Positions 1 through 13,891 of a stretch of DNA of 64,000 nt are shown here, one piece after another. This DNA comes from Geosiphon pyriformis uo1 (Eukaryota; Fungi; Glomeromycota): positions 277,160 through 341,159 of the forward strand of contig JAAOMT010000648.1 in assembly GCA_016748015.1 (NCBI GenBank). The letters are read 5' to 3'. How positions within the stretch are numbered: position 1 is the first letter of the stretch; every line of letters begins with the position of its first letter. Under the pieces are notes generated by a model. The model was given only the letters and a program-made list of their open reading frames with translations, searched no databases and was not told where the DNA came from. The position numbers and the translations under genes are program-made.

Positions 1-1131
1 CAAATTCAGCGAAATATCGGTTCCCTAGACGAGGTTGGCCAAACGTTACTGCTACCGCATGAACGCTATTAGGGTTACGGGTTCCCAAAGGGGATATTGT
101 ATGGTATTTTAGTTTAAATGCCAGCCCTGCAAGAACAGCATATGCTAATTTACAATTTGTAATTTATAAAAAGATTAATCATATTATTCTCAAAATTAAT
201 TATAATTTCTGAAATTAAATTTTTTTAATTGCTTACCCCCACCAATTCCATGTCCCACAAAGTGTAATCTTTCAGCAGAATACGGTGTTATACGATTAGC
301 GAATTTAACCATTTTCCAAATCTTTTCAAAAAGTCTTGGTTTCATTGTTTCGACGTCTTGAAGCCAACGTTCATCAACTAAATTCTTTGGATCCCACTTC
401 CACATTTTAGCGTTTTGTGGCTCAGGATATTGTGTCAGACATATCGTCCTCGTCTTCCATTGGTCCAGATTATAAATTGCACCTTTGAAAAATACAATTA
501 TATTTTTGGTTTTTTGGTCACGGAAAACGTCAGCTTTAGAAATATTTTTAGAAATATTAACTTTTTAGTCAATTTTTCATTATATTTTATTTTTTTTAAA
601 AAAAAAGGATAAAAGTTTAATATTATTCGAACCTTTGACTTCAGACCGTTTGAGGAGGGCTCCAATTTCATTATGAGAAGTACAATAAGCGTAACTGGTA
701 TCAATAGCAAATCTTGCTATCCTTTTGAAAGAAACACTATTTCGTGGTAAAAAATATTTTTTTGCAGGATCTGGATTTTCATGAAATATCTTTTGAAATA
801 GGTTTACATTCCGAATCCAAGGAAATAAGGTGGCATTGTTGATTCTTGGTATCCTTTTAGATAATTGATGAGAGGTATAACTCGTTGAAGATGGTTTAGA
901 ATGGGTAGGAAGGAAATTTAGAGTTGAAAATTTTGAGGGCTGTGATGCAGTATGGCTAAAAAATTTTTCTCCATAGGCCCTTTTTAAATTAACTATAAAA
1001 TTTTTATTGCTTTTAACTAAATTATTTTTTAAAAGTTGACCAATTGTAAAAGAAAGCGACAAAAAAATTGCAAGAAAAAACAATCTGGGTATTAATTTTG
1101 AGTTGAAAAGTGAGTGTGTTTTTGATGACAT
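1..1131 (-). CDS. L1: class 3 lipase-fold protein, Ser->Gly (GHGIGG); 3' end runs off the window start
   Basis: Exons 1131-633, 533-237 and 144-<1 with GT-AG introns. Motifs SYAYC, IIVFFKG, HFVGHGIGG|AYAVLA and VTFGQPRLGN. N-terminal hydrophobic segment. Confidence 0.88.
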
Positions 1132-3460
1132 TTTAAATTTGTTCGTAAAAATAAAAAAATTGGTTTTAATTTTTTTTGATGAACACTTTAATGATCCCCC
1201 CACCCTTTTTATTTATTTTTGAAAACGGAAAATGTATACTAGAATCTTTAAATGTTAAAAACAAATGAAAAATTTGATAAATTTAATCAGCGTAAATCTT
1301 GAGCAAATTTGTTAGCCGAATCATACCGGCCCCCTGAAGCTCCCAATTCATTATAAACAATGATATATGATTACTAAAAAAAGAGATGAAAGATTAATTA
1401 AAAACAAAAAAACATTGGTCATAAAATATTCCTGTAATTTTTTAAAATTTAGCAAAAGTTTTCTCCAATAAGCTAAATTTTTATTGGCATGTGTAAACTT
1501 TAAATTCCCAATTCTAAGTGTGTCCAATTTAGCATCATTCACTAACAGATGAGATTAATTGGTGTACAATTTTTACATTACTCATATTCGATAATATCAA
1601 AAAATTTTATTATTGTCTGACCGAACAAAACTTTTTTTAAGTGGTGGATCTCATTCTTAAATCAAATATATATTGCAAAGTTCAAATTTAGTAATTCTCA
1701 AATAATATAAAACTTAAATTTGTTTATTTAGATCTCCTTGGACAAAAAAACACGTGTAATAGTAAAATAGGATCATCTTCATTCACGAAATTATATAGTC
1801 ATCCCAAAAATTTTGTCATTCGGAAAGCTTATTCAGAGTTTACGTTTAGTTTACGGATTATCAAATTCCCAATCATATGAGTTTCCATTGAAATGTGAAA
1901 AGACAATTGGTTCTGAAATGAACTTTTATTTTGATCGAAATATTACTATATTTTAATGTTTTCTTCTGTGACTTTTTAATCAAGGAAAAATACTTGCCGT
2001 TTTAATTCGAGATTCTTTGAAAGTGGAAGAGTAATAGAAATTTGCAGATCATACAAATATTTTTTCAACTCAATGGTTGATTGAAATAGTGACAGATTTT
2101 ATTATTTTAGTTTGACGTCATGATTTATTGACATATTTTCATGAATCTATGTTTTAACCAGATCCATTTTCCCAAGATTTCTTGTATTAAATTTTAAAGG
2201 AACAAATCAAACTTAAAACTATTCATCAATCTCTTTTTAAGATTGTGTGAACTTTTTCGTTCATTCTTTAAATGATCTTCTAGATGACACGAAAAAACGT
2301 GTTGAAATTCATAAATTTATAAATCCTTTTTTTGATTGAAAAACAGTAATTAAGAAAACAAAGGTTCTTCAACAATAGTAAAAAACTGGGGAAAATGTTT
2401 TCAAAAATGAGATTTAGATTATCAGTGAAACTCGATGGTGGTCAATAATTTTATCCGTAATAAAAATTATTTCCGGAACTATGATCTCTAAAAATAATGA
2501 GTTTTACACATTGGGTTCTGATTTCATGACAAATAAAATCTATATTTTTTTTCATGAGCTTTGATATTAGACAACAAATTAGGTTTGGTCTAATATAATT
2601 TTGATACCTTTTTATTAATCTTCTTAGATTTTAACAAATTAAAAGCAAAATAATGTTTTTAAAATTATCTACATAAGCTTTGTTGAACTTTTTCAATTTT
2701 CTCTTTGGATTAATGAATATCAAATATATAAATTATATATATATTTAATTTTTATTTTTTAATTTATTCAAAAAATTTTTAAAAGAATTTTTAAATAAAA
2801 GAATTATTAATGAAAAATTATTTAATAATGAGAAAATATTTTTTTTTATTACTGTTTTGAAAATAACAATTTTTAAAATAAATTTGAATCAAAATAATTA
2901 TTATATTTTTTAAAATAAAATAAATTTTTATTTAAATTTAATTAAAACTTAAATAAAGGTTTTAAATTTTAATTTTAATTTAATCAAAAATTTTTTTAAA
3001 AAAATTAAATTTCAAATTTTTATTATGTAAATGTTTTTTTTTCTTTTAAAAAAATTGTTTTAATTAAGTGAAAATATTTCACTATCAACTTTAATGTTTT
3101 TATCAATTTTTAAATTTCAAATTAATTTAAATATGCAAATTAAGCATTAAAAATATTCAAATTAAACTCTTGAGTGATTACTGAACTGAATCGAATTGTG
3201 ATACATGAGAAAAATCTCTTATATTATTGGTCAGAAAATTTTTATAAATATTTTCCCAAACATGAATCTAAAGCAAAAAAATTGTTAGCATCAAAGCTCA
3301 TTACCAGATTAGCCTTAGGGAAAATTTTTAGAAAAATCTATTTTTTGCCATATATATACTTTTCTTGGAAATTGGGTTTGCTCTTGTTAAAAATTTATTT
3401 AAGCTTTACCTTTTTTTGAGGGGTACCAATAACCAGAAACAGAATCTTTTAAATTGAAAC

Positions 3461-4990
3461 TTAAAAAAATATCTTATATGGAGATCCTCTTTCCAAACTG
3501 CATTCCCCTATATTGATTCCAAAATAAGGCCCTTTGTGTGCTTTTAATTCTTCTTCGAGGGTACCCTTTTGACCTAAATTACATTGCTATTTTTAAAGGA
3601 TAAAAAACTTTAAATTAGACACCCAAAAATTCTGAATATTCTAAACCTAATCCAATACTAACCGGATTTTCAAAAAAGCCAGCAGGTTGAGGATATTCTC
3701 CATTGCAAAAATAAATCTGAAAATCTTCAGCGGACTCGACTGTTTTAATTTGACTTTTATATGAACAATCACAAGATTGATTTGGTATCCAAAACTCATT
3801 CCCACTATGTCCAAATATATCTTGATTCATGAAAAGCCTTGGAATAAAATCATTGCTATGAGTGATTCGGTGTAAATTCTGTTCAAATTTTGCGCTTGCA
3901 AGTTTTGCAAAGTCTTTGTTGCCCGTCCGTGGTTGTCCAAAAGTGAACACTGTGACAAGTATATCCACATCTAAATCATGAAATGTTGGGCCTTGTTGAT
4001 CATACTCCTCTTGCAAGGCTAAAGCGGCAATTACTGCATATGCTGGAAAAATGAGAAATAATGTTATTGAGGAAAAATGGAATTTGGAAATTTTAGCAAA
4101 GAAACATACCTCCACCGACACCATGACCGACAAATCTTACGTTTACATATGGAATGAAATCGTCCCATAAATGAGCAATACTATCACTCCAAGTTTTAAG
4201 TAGAGATCGAATCCTGTTGAAGAGTCTTGGTTTCATTTTTTTCACATCAGAACTCCAACTTTTATCAACTTTGGCTTTGGTTCCGATTTTATAATTTTTA
4301 AGGGAAATATTTCTTGCTTTCCATTTTTGTAATGTTAATTCTTGTCCTCGAAAGTATGCAACTATCTCTTTGTTTCGACTATCAAGAAACACATCGGCTG
4401 AAAGTTCAAAAAAATACATTTGAAAAAATAGAAATTTTTACAACTTTTTTTAATTTTCAAAATTTACACCTACCGACTACACCTTTTTGCTTAATTCCCA
4501 CTCGATTTTCATTGAAGCAATAAGCAAAATTAGCAGCCCTAGCCATTCTTGGAAATGGTTCCAAAACATATTGATTAATCACCAGGTATTTTTCTGGATA
4601 TCCATCTTTTAATGGTTTTGTAAATGTTGTTGATGATTTAGTTTGCCGTTTGAGCTTTGTTTTTGAGCCATGAAACTGATGAAAAGGTTCACTATTATTT
4701 AAATTTTGTGATTTACTTGACTTTGAGGTTGTGAATGAATAATTAAGTTGGCTAAAATTTTTATTTTCGTAGCTAACTCTATAATACATTAAGACTGAAT
4801 CATTAATAATAAACTTTGGTTCAACCTTTGCCATTAGAATCCCAAATTTGTTCAAGTAGATTGTGTAAAACACTAAGAATACCAAAAATAAGTAGATCAA
4901 AATTTCCAGAATATATTTGAGTAAATATCTACTTTCATACTTTCGCTGAGATGCAAGTAAATTTCTCTCTGATCTTGGCTCGTATCTCAT
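3461..4990 (-). CDS. L2: class 3 lipase-fold protein, Ser->Gly (GHGVGG), signal-anchored
   Basis: Exons 4990-4474, 4397-4110, 4042-3663 and 3586-3461. Motifs ANFAYC, VAYFRG, GHGVGG, FTFGQPRTGN, HSNDFIP, SCDC and AHKGPYFG...C. Confidence 0.9.
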
Positions 4991-5726
4991 CAGTTAAAAT
5001 TTTATTTATTTTACTTTGGGGTTTTCAAAAAATTGGTTCAATAAAACTTTTCAGACTCTATTTAAACACACATGAGATCCAATAAAATAAATATAAACAG
5101 ATTAATATTTTTTTTTGACGAACAAAAATTTAATAAAATTTATTTATACGGAGAAACCAAATTTTCTTTTCCTTAAAGTTATCCTATGTAGAAAGACTTT
5201 TTACTGTATATATCAGATTATTTTGAAATTAGTCGGGATTAATTATGATAACACGAAAAAATTTTAATATTTTATTAAAAAAATCAATAATTTAAGTTCA
5301 ATTTCCTTTTCATTTGAATTTTTTTGCGAGTTCCGAGTTTCCTCGCAAATCCAAAAGATCGATGTTTGCTTTTTTTTGAGAAAATTGTTTTCTAAAGTAC
5401 GAATTTGATGGCAAAACTTCTGGATTAGGGATTTGCAGGCAAAGATTTTATTGATATTGGGATATAATTTAGATTTTTATGATAAATATTAACTTGAATA
5501 GGAAAAGGAAGGTAAATAAAACAAAATTCCTTTGAAATTCAGAGTAATGAACTAGTATAGCAATCACCATAATTCTTACGAGTCATTACTATAATTAATA
5601 TATATATTCAATAAATCTTGTCCCACGGAAACTTTTAAATCGATATGTATTTTGAACATCTAGAGGAATCAATCTATTAGACTATTTCAAAGCAAACTAT
5701 ATCAACCATGAATGGATTAAATATTC

Positions 5727-5795
5727 TCCCCTTCTCCTTCTCCTTCCCCTTCCCCTTCCCCTTCCCCTTCCCCTTCCCCTTCCCCTTCCCCCCTT
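5727..5795. repeat. (CCCCTT)n / (CTCCTT)n pyrimidine hexamer tract
   Basis: Directly visible tandem hexamers. They generate the spurious GR-repeat ORF 5697-5906. Confidence 0.9.
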
Positions 5796-5996
5796 AAAAG
5801 CTTTAATAGATGCAAAATGTAAACTTTGATTTTTAATTTTTTTCGATTCATTATTTGAGCCAATAAATTTCATAGAGAAGCCTGAGCTGGTACTTCTTAC
5901 ACGCAATGGGATATATTAAATAGCCAGAATAGTTGTAACGTTTTTCAATCCATATCATTATAAAATAAAAATTTAAAGCTTAAATTATTCAGAATT

Positions 5997-7567
5997 CTAT
6001 AGATGAGGGCAAATCATCATATAACTAAAGTACGGCCCATAATGGTTTAATTTAGAGTCACCTTTCAAGTTGGGTACAGAATTATTGCAAAGCTTAGAAT
6101 AAAAAATTATTTGGAGAGTTAATTTAAGTTGTAACTTTAAAAGTGTTAAAAATTATAAAAAAGTTAATTACCGTGGATTCGTTTACACCAGAATTCAAGC
6201 TAATGTCTTTACACTCAAATACTTGATAAATCTCTGGACAGTCACATGAAAAAGAAATCCAGAACTCTGTTTCATAATGCACGTAACCTGCTCTTCCTTT
6301 CTTTTCAGGGAACTGAGATACGTAATCATCGGTATGCGTGACTCGATAAATTGTTCCAAGTTTATTCTTTACATGTTGAGCAAAAAAACTATTTCCAATT
6401 CGAGGGCTTCCAAATGTATACACCTTCACCTCAAATTCATGTGTAAAGCGAGGGATATATTGAAGTTCTAAAGCAGTAAATGTAGCATAAACTAGAAGAA
6501 TGACAGAGTAAAAATAAGCAGAATTTTTAGGGAAAATTTTTCAAAAAATTTTACAAATCAGAACTCAATATCAAATAGCTTTAAAAGAGGAGAAAACAAA
6601 ATTTATATATATATATTTATAATCCAAACCTCCAGCTATTCCATGCCCTATCAACGTAATCTTTTTGTGGCTGTACAATAAATCTTTAATTTTTTCTTTA
6701 ACTTTGTGTGATACATTTGAATAATCTTCCCAAAAATAGGCGTCAACTAATCCGAGTTCCAAATAAGGATAATTAACCATTTTTTGGGGTCTGCCTTCCC
6801 ATTGCATTTTGTTTAACTCCAATTCTTTAAAAAAAAATATAATTTCATCGGCAATCACCTCAGCTTTCCCTAGATAATTAATAAAACTTTTTTTTTTTAA
6901 TTTCATATTATTTGAAACTTTACAATAAAAACAATTTACCATATAATCCTTTCATCAACATGTCATCTGCACTTTCCAGGCAATAAGCTTTTTGTGCATA
7001 ACTGGCGTAAAATCGAAAATCCGCAATCAGTTTTTCATCAGTGACTAAATTTTTATACTGAGAATTTATATCTGTGATTCTATTATCCTTTAAATCATCT
7101 CCATAATCATATTTCGACCTTTTTTGCCACGAAATATTTTCAAAGGATCTTGTAATATTAGATGAAATGACTTTTTGGGAAAATCTTTGATGTTTATTTG
7201 TAAGTTCCTGAGGTTTTCTAAAGCTTTTGTTATCATTTTGCGATATGTTAAAATAAATTTTGAAAGGTTTTTTTTGAAATGTATTGGATATATTTTTTTT
7301 GAAATCCCTCAAAGGCTCTTGTTCTGCTTCAACATTTGAGGTGTCCCTTCTCGTATGAAAACCTGGTTTAAATTTTATTTCACCAGAATACCCAGAAGAA
7401 AACAGTATAAAGAGTAACCATCCTAAAATTAAACTTTTTAAGATAATAGGAAATTTTTTCCAAAATTGTTGCTTATACGAAAAAGATTCAAATATGAATT
7501 GCTTCCTATTTCGATTTGAAGCAGGGTGAGATTTTGTAAAATCCAAGCAAACAAAATGCTTATTCAT
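5997..7567 (-). CDS. L3: class 3 lipase-fold protein, Ser->Gly (GHGIAG), signal-anchored
   Basis: Exons 7567-6940, 6869-6630, 6491-6172 and 6092-5997. Motifs QKAYC, GHGIAG, YTFGSPRIGN, HTDDYV, SCDC and NHYGPYF. Confidence 0.9.
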
Positions 7568-8587
7568 TGAAAATGATTTGCATAGTTAGGAACTAAATTT
7601 TGTTTATGGGGGATTATTATATATATATATATGTACTTATACTTTTCTAAACTTCATTCAAGAAGGAGAAATGTTAGATTGATTATCTGAAGAGGTTTTT
7701 ATCGGGAAATTTAATGATTCGTTTTAGATGATCGACCATTTCGTGAGAAGGAAATTTTTACTTTTGAAACGAGTAGTTAAGTTTTCATGATTGTTGATAG
7801 CCTTCTCTAACAAGTTTTTTTAATTAAAAATAAGTGAAAAATTTTTTTTTTTTAAGTGAATAAAGATCTTAAAAAGTTTTAAGCAACTTTCTTTAAATAA
7901 TAAAAGGGATTAAATACATCAACGCGATTTTAAGAATCATTTCTTTTTGATTTTAAATTTTAATATTGATTGACCTCCAATGTCTTTTGGGAATAATTTC
8001 ATTTGATGAACGTGAATAAATTTAAGTGAGAAAAAAAAATATGATTCAATTAATAAAATATTAATATTAATTTGTGAATATATCGATTGAAATACCTAGA
8101 AAAAAGTTTCAAATTTTGAACTTTATTAATAAAAAATAAATTAATTCAAGAACCAAAGTAAAAATTAATTAACAATAAATAAAAAGTGTGTGAAAAAATT
8201 TTTGCCTAAAATTAAAAATTCAAATGAAAAGTTTTTAAGATTTTGTTTTCGGTCATTTCATAGACAAAATTTCATGTTAAATATTTTACTGGTTTTTTTT
8301 TTAAATATAAACAGATTGCTCGAATGTAATAGTACATTTTTTATCTGAAAAAAATTTTTATAAAAAAATATATATAATATATTATTATTATTTATATTTA
8401 TAATTTCTTTTTGAAATTCTTTTTTTTTTTTTTTTTCAGTAATTATTTTGATGATTTAATTTATTTTTTTATTTTAATCATCTTTTATTATTATCTTATT
8501 AATCTCATTACATATTTATTTCTTTATTTTGTTTACTAATATATTAAATATGTTTATGAAAAAACTGTAAAAAGGAATAAAATAAAG

Positions 8588-8618
<31 letters not shown>

Positions 8619-9090
8619 ATTAATTAATCCCCTAATTTATCAAATTTTCAATAAAAATTATACATTCTTATTTTATATCTCAAAAAAAAATTTTAATTTT
8701 TAATCTTTATATATTTATAATTCATTTTTTTACAAAATAATTTTATATAAAATAAATTTACTTATTAATTTCAAAATCTCATTTCAAAGACATTTTCTGA
8801 ACATTTTTAGAATCTTTTTCATAAAGTAGACTTCAAAAATGTATTCATTATTTTATGATGAATTCTAATGAATTATATATATATATATATATATATTTTT
8901 TAATATACATATATTAATCATTTATTCAATTCACATTACAAAAAATCTTAACCTAACTAAGTAAGTTATGTTTTAGTAAAAATGGGATAAATGATTATTA
9001 GAAAGTAAAAGAGATATTTATTCAACCGCTAATAATATAATGATAAATGAGTGTCTTATCGTATGAATAAAGGCCCGAATATAAATCTCG

Positions 9091-9180
9091 TAGTTTCACA
9101 TTTTATTTATTAGAGGATCAACAATAAATATTACCAATAAATCAAAAATTCCCAAATCAAAATCTTAAAATGTGAAACTA
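9091..9180. repeat. 15-bp perfect inverted repeat (TAGTTTCACATTTTA / TAAAATGTGAAACTA) with 60-bp spacer
   Basis: Arms at 9091-9105 and 9166-9180 are exact reverse complements. Confidence 0.7.
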
Positions 9181-9909
9181 AAGCCCATATTTCCAATAAA
9201 GGTTTATACGGTTCAATATTTTCGGCAGCATGACCATAAGATGGCTATAGTATTTGTACAAATACCTTTTGTTGTGTCAGATTTTTCACACAAACATAGT
9301 AAAACTATATTTTTATGATCAAATTTTAATTACGGGATTAGCTTGAAAAATAAAACATTTACTTGATAACAAGTAATAAGCCATATTTTTTACTTTAAAC
9401 ATTCTTGGGAAAGAAATTTTCTGTAATTTTATTTATTTTTCAATTCGGAAAAATAATTCCCTTATTTTAGTTTAAAAATTTTTTCTCATTCGTTTTCTGA
9501 AATGGAAACTTCTAACCACGTTAAATTATTGTATTTTGGAAATAATTTAATGAATTAGAAAAATAAAAAGGTCGAGAACTTTTGTCACATGGTTATATCA
9601 TCTATAATTTTTTTTTCTTCTCCACAATCCATCTATCATGCTAATTGAGACAGGATTTTCAAACCATTTGATTCAAAGAAAAAGTATTCATGAATAGCAT
9701 AGTTTTAATGAGAATGAAAAATATTCGTTTTATGGTAAAACCAAATTTTGACGTACTCAGTCGAAACATGAGGAGAAGATTTTTAGCCAGAAAGTAAAAT
9801 AATTTACATTTTAAGAACTTGTATTTCTTCTTCAATTCGAAAAAATTTCATTTGACTTATTTTGCTTAAGCGTTATAAATCTTCATAATTGGTTATTATT
9901 GATTTAGCT

Positions 9910-11493
9910 TTAAAGGCAGTCACCCATGGTAACCCCAAAGTAAGTTCCTCGATGTTCTAAAAGACTTTTCTCCTCAGTCCCTGCCACCTGTCCAGCATTG
10001 CATTCCTTTAGAAAATTTTTGAAAAAAGTTAAAGATTAATTTTTCCTCATAACTTCTTCAATTTCACAGCTTAAACTTCTCACCGGATGTTCGCTCTCAA
10101 AATTTCCTTGCGCTTCCAATTCGGGGCATTCCCAAAGAATATGACCATTTAAAATCTCTGGGACCGTCTCGTCATCGTTATATTGAGGACAATTACAGTC
10201 AAACTTGGCCAACCAATATTCTCTTTGATGATGTCTCCAATCAATAGGAGATGAAACTCGAGGAATTGGGTCATTGGCGTGAGTTACACGATATACATTG
10301 AGAATTTTATTTACAAACTTTGCAAAAATTAAGTTTCCCATCCGAGGTTGGCCAAAAGTGATTGCTTCGACGAAGAGATTTGAAGCAGGAAAACTAGTAT
10401 CTCGTTTACGGAGTTCTTTTTCAAATTTTATAGCGGCTAATACTGCATAGGCTGTGAAAGGTGACAAGAAAAGTAAACTTTTACATTAAATAGCAGATTA
10501 AATTTATAACACAAATTATCATGATAATATAATTGAAATAATATTTACATCCTCCTATTCCATGTCCAGTAAATCTAATTGGTAAGACTATATTTGATCT
10601 TTTAAATGACTTCAAAAGTCGTAGAACTTTTTCCAAAATTTTTGGCCACATTTTTTCCACTGCTCCATTAACATAATAATCCAGTATTCTGTCTACATCT
10701 TCAAAGCTTACAGTTAAAGGTATAGCTTTTTGATCCCTGTCTATACTAGTGAATGGAGCCCCCTTGAAATATACAACTATTTCTTTGTTGGATGAATCCA
10801 CAAAAGCGTCAGCTTTAAATGATAATGAAGGGAATAAAAAATGAAATTTCATCAGTTTTTGAATTTCTTCCATTGTATCCCAGAAAATTTAAAACAATCG
10901 AACTTACCAACTACATTTTTTCCAGGCACAAGTTTTCCTATTGCATTGTTTTTTCGACAATAGCCAAAATTTGCATACGTTGCGAATTTGGCCAACATCG
11001 TGATAATATTAATATCTCGTACAATGGTCTTACCAGGATATTGTGAGCCAGAAGTTTGTAATTCTGAGGGAAGAAATTGAAAGTTTCTTTTCTTTTCTTT
11101 TTTGGAGGGTTCAATACTGTTCATATTATAATTTTCATTATTTTTTAACAAGCTTTTCTCACCTCTTTGGCTTTCATCATTTTCTTTACTTTGATTTCTT
11201 GTCACACGTGAATTAATGTCTACATTTAATTGAAGTGGTTGCTTGCGTTGATTCCAACTCTTCTGTTGCAACATTTTATTTTTCTCGGCTTCTATTAAAT
11301 TCACACTGTATTGTGAGGAAAAGATTAACGAACACAACCATATCGAAAATATTACAATAAAACAAATTGTAGGAATTAAAGTATGTTTCGGTGGGTTATC
11401 GATGAATTTTCTAGGTCGAGGATGCAAAGAAATTGGTTTCTGAAAATGTTTAGAGGCGAAAGTGTAATAATCAGAACCACGATTTTTTTTCAT
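9910..11493 (-). CDS. L4: class 3 lipase-fold protein, Ser->Gly (GHGIGG), signal-anchored
   Basis: Exons 11493-10908, 10812-10549, 10451-10084 and 10005-9910. Motifs NFGYC, VVYFKG, FTGHGIGG, ITFGQPRMGN, HANDPIP, DCNC and EHRGTYFG. Confidence 0.9.
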
Positions 11494-12184
11494 GCTGACT
11501 CAAAATGAGAATTCAGTCTAAAATGGAGAAAATTGTAATAAAGGCTTGAAATTTACATTTACTATTTCGAAAGATGAAAACTTTTTAGGTTTGATCTGTT
11601 TATAAAAACCTTTTTGGTCAAAGCTGCTAACTTGAAATTTTTTATTAAAAGTTATCCATGGTTGAGAGTAACAACCAATAGAAAATCCGGCAACCGTATA
11701 GTAGTCAGGCTGATTGAAGCAATCACATGATTTGGTTAATTCCGAACCTCGCTTTAGATATAAAAATAAAAATAATGAAAGCCAAGGATGGCAAACGTAT
11801 TAAGGGACAAAATCAAGTAGACATTATATATTTCCAGAAGATATTTACTTTATAAAGATTTTTAAATCTTTCTTTCTCTCTCTTTCATTCATAAATCACC
11901 GGAATTATCAATTAGAATTTAATTACCGAAATTCAGTAATTTTCATGAGTTTCACGTAATGATAGATTTGCAATCTAAAATTTATAAAATTTATAATCAA
12001 TGAAACTAATGCCTTATCATGAAAACAAACATAAATCAAGTTCTTGAGATTATATAAATTTAATTGCGAAGAACTTTTGAATCCATTACTTTTAATCTTT
12101 CTTAGCTTTCAAATATTTCAAAAGTTTATTATAGTTTACTTTATTGAATTATAATAATTCAGAAAGAGTGATCACTTATCAAAA

Positions 12185-13891
12185 ATGTCTTGGTCTTGTA
12201 ATTTACACAAATCCTATAACTTTGTAAAGTTTATCGGATATGAAACTAGAAAAAAAATAATAGGAATTCACCTATTTCTTGCCCTTTCTTTCGTCTTTTT
12301 GATGTCTCACATTAAAGATGTAAACGCCATCTCATGGAAGCTAAAAAACTTCATTCAGAAACGACAAAATGAAATTCTCAGTGAAAACAATATTTCATTG
12401 GACTTTGAACCAATTCCTACTGTTAAATCATTTGAATCAAATTTCCTATATCCAATTTATAAAGAAGAAAATATCTCAAATAACAGGAAATATTACTCTT
12501 TGAATTCAAATGGTTGGTCAGATTCTATTTCTAGGCAAGAATCTGAAAAAAATTTTGATGACTTAAGCGATGAGTTTTTGGGTACTGAGACTGCAAGAAA
12601 ATTTGAAACCTCTGAGAATATTTTAACAAAAAGCCCATTTCCAATTGAAACTCAAAAATTTGACATCAATGGCAATTCATTGATTCAAAATGAAATATCT
12701 ACAAAAGAAGTTAACTCAATGAATCCATTCGTCGGTTCTAGTATGTTTAATTATGAAACGAATCAAGAAGGAAATTCGTGGTCAATTGCAGAGGATATTA
12801 TTGATAATCCAAGCATAGGAAATGAAAATTCTATAAACTCAATCAATCCGAATACCAAGATATTAGAGCGGTTTAAGTTGTTTGCCAGATATTCAAAGAT
12901 AACTTGGTGCAAAAATTCTGGCACAAAATATTTTAATAAAAATGTTTTAGGTAATTTTACCTCTAATCTTAAGTAATAATAATTCCCAAATAAAAGTTTA
13001 ATTTATATATTCTTTCTCATTTAAATTTTTATATTTAAGGAAATGTATTCTTTGAACCAAAAAATGACGAAATTGCAGTTATACTAGCTGGTAAGGATCA
13101 AAACGCCTCTCAGATGTTGGCAAATAATACTTATCTAGAATACCCGGGCAAAATCGGATTTCATGTGAACAGGGCTTTATACGAAACTTATGTGGGGGCT
13201 GAGAATAAAATAATTGAACAGTTGAGCCAATTATTGAATTCCGACCCTAAATCACCCATAAATCTGGCAGGCTGGAGTCTTGGTGGAGGTAATTTTTTTT
13301 AATGAATATTTTTCATTTTCGGGATTAATAAAATTACACAATTTTTACTTATAAAATTTATTATTAATGAAATGACAAATTAATTTAATAGCCTTTGCGG
13401 TTTTTGCTGCGATTTTTATCAACATAAAATTTCCAAACAATCAAGTGAACGTATACACCTATGGCCAACCACGTATTGGATTAAAAAATTTTAAAACGTA
13501 TCTGAGCTCTCGTAAAAACCTCCGAATTTACCGCATGACAACAAAAAATGACCCATTTGTAGATTTGCCCATGCGTTTTCCGTTAGGATATGTGCATACT
13601 GGTCAAGAGTATTTGACCAGCACCATTAACAAGATGGAAACATTCGAATGTCCTGATGGTCCTAATTCTGAAAATACGGTATTTGATGTGTTTTGGAACT
13701 TTTGATACAGTTCAACTGCAACATATAATAATACAAGAAAATCTTTTTAATCATTTTATTTCGCTTCATTTTAGCAATGTGCAAGTCAGTTAAACTTACC
13801 TGCTGCATTCAGACTTCGTAATAATGAATACAAATTATCACCACATAGTGGTCCATTTTTCGGGTATAATATGACCAATTGTAATTATTAA
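12185..13891 (+). CDS. L5: class 3 lipase with intact Ser-Asp-His triad (GWSLGG), acidic propeptide
   Basis: Exons 12185-12950, 13040-13288, 13392-13678 and 13775-13891. Ser codon AGT at 13276-13278. Motifs YTYGQPRIG, KNDPFV and PHSGPFFG. Confidence 0.88.

Noticed and set aside
3174-3419. Short AT-rich ORFs (also 19952, 27791, 34582, 46086, 58357)
   Set aside because: F/K/I/N-biased translations typical of AT-rich noncoding DNA, with no domains.
5697-5906. ORF with a Gly-Arg dipeptide repeat
   Set aside because: Artefact of the (CCCCTT)n tract; no other coding support.
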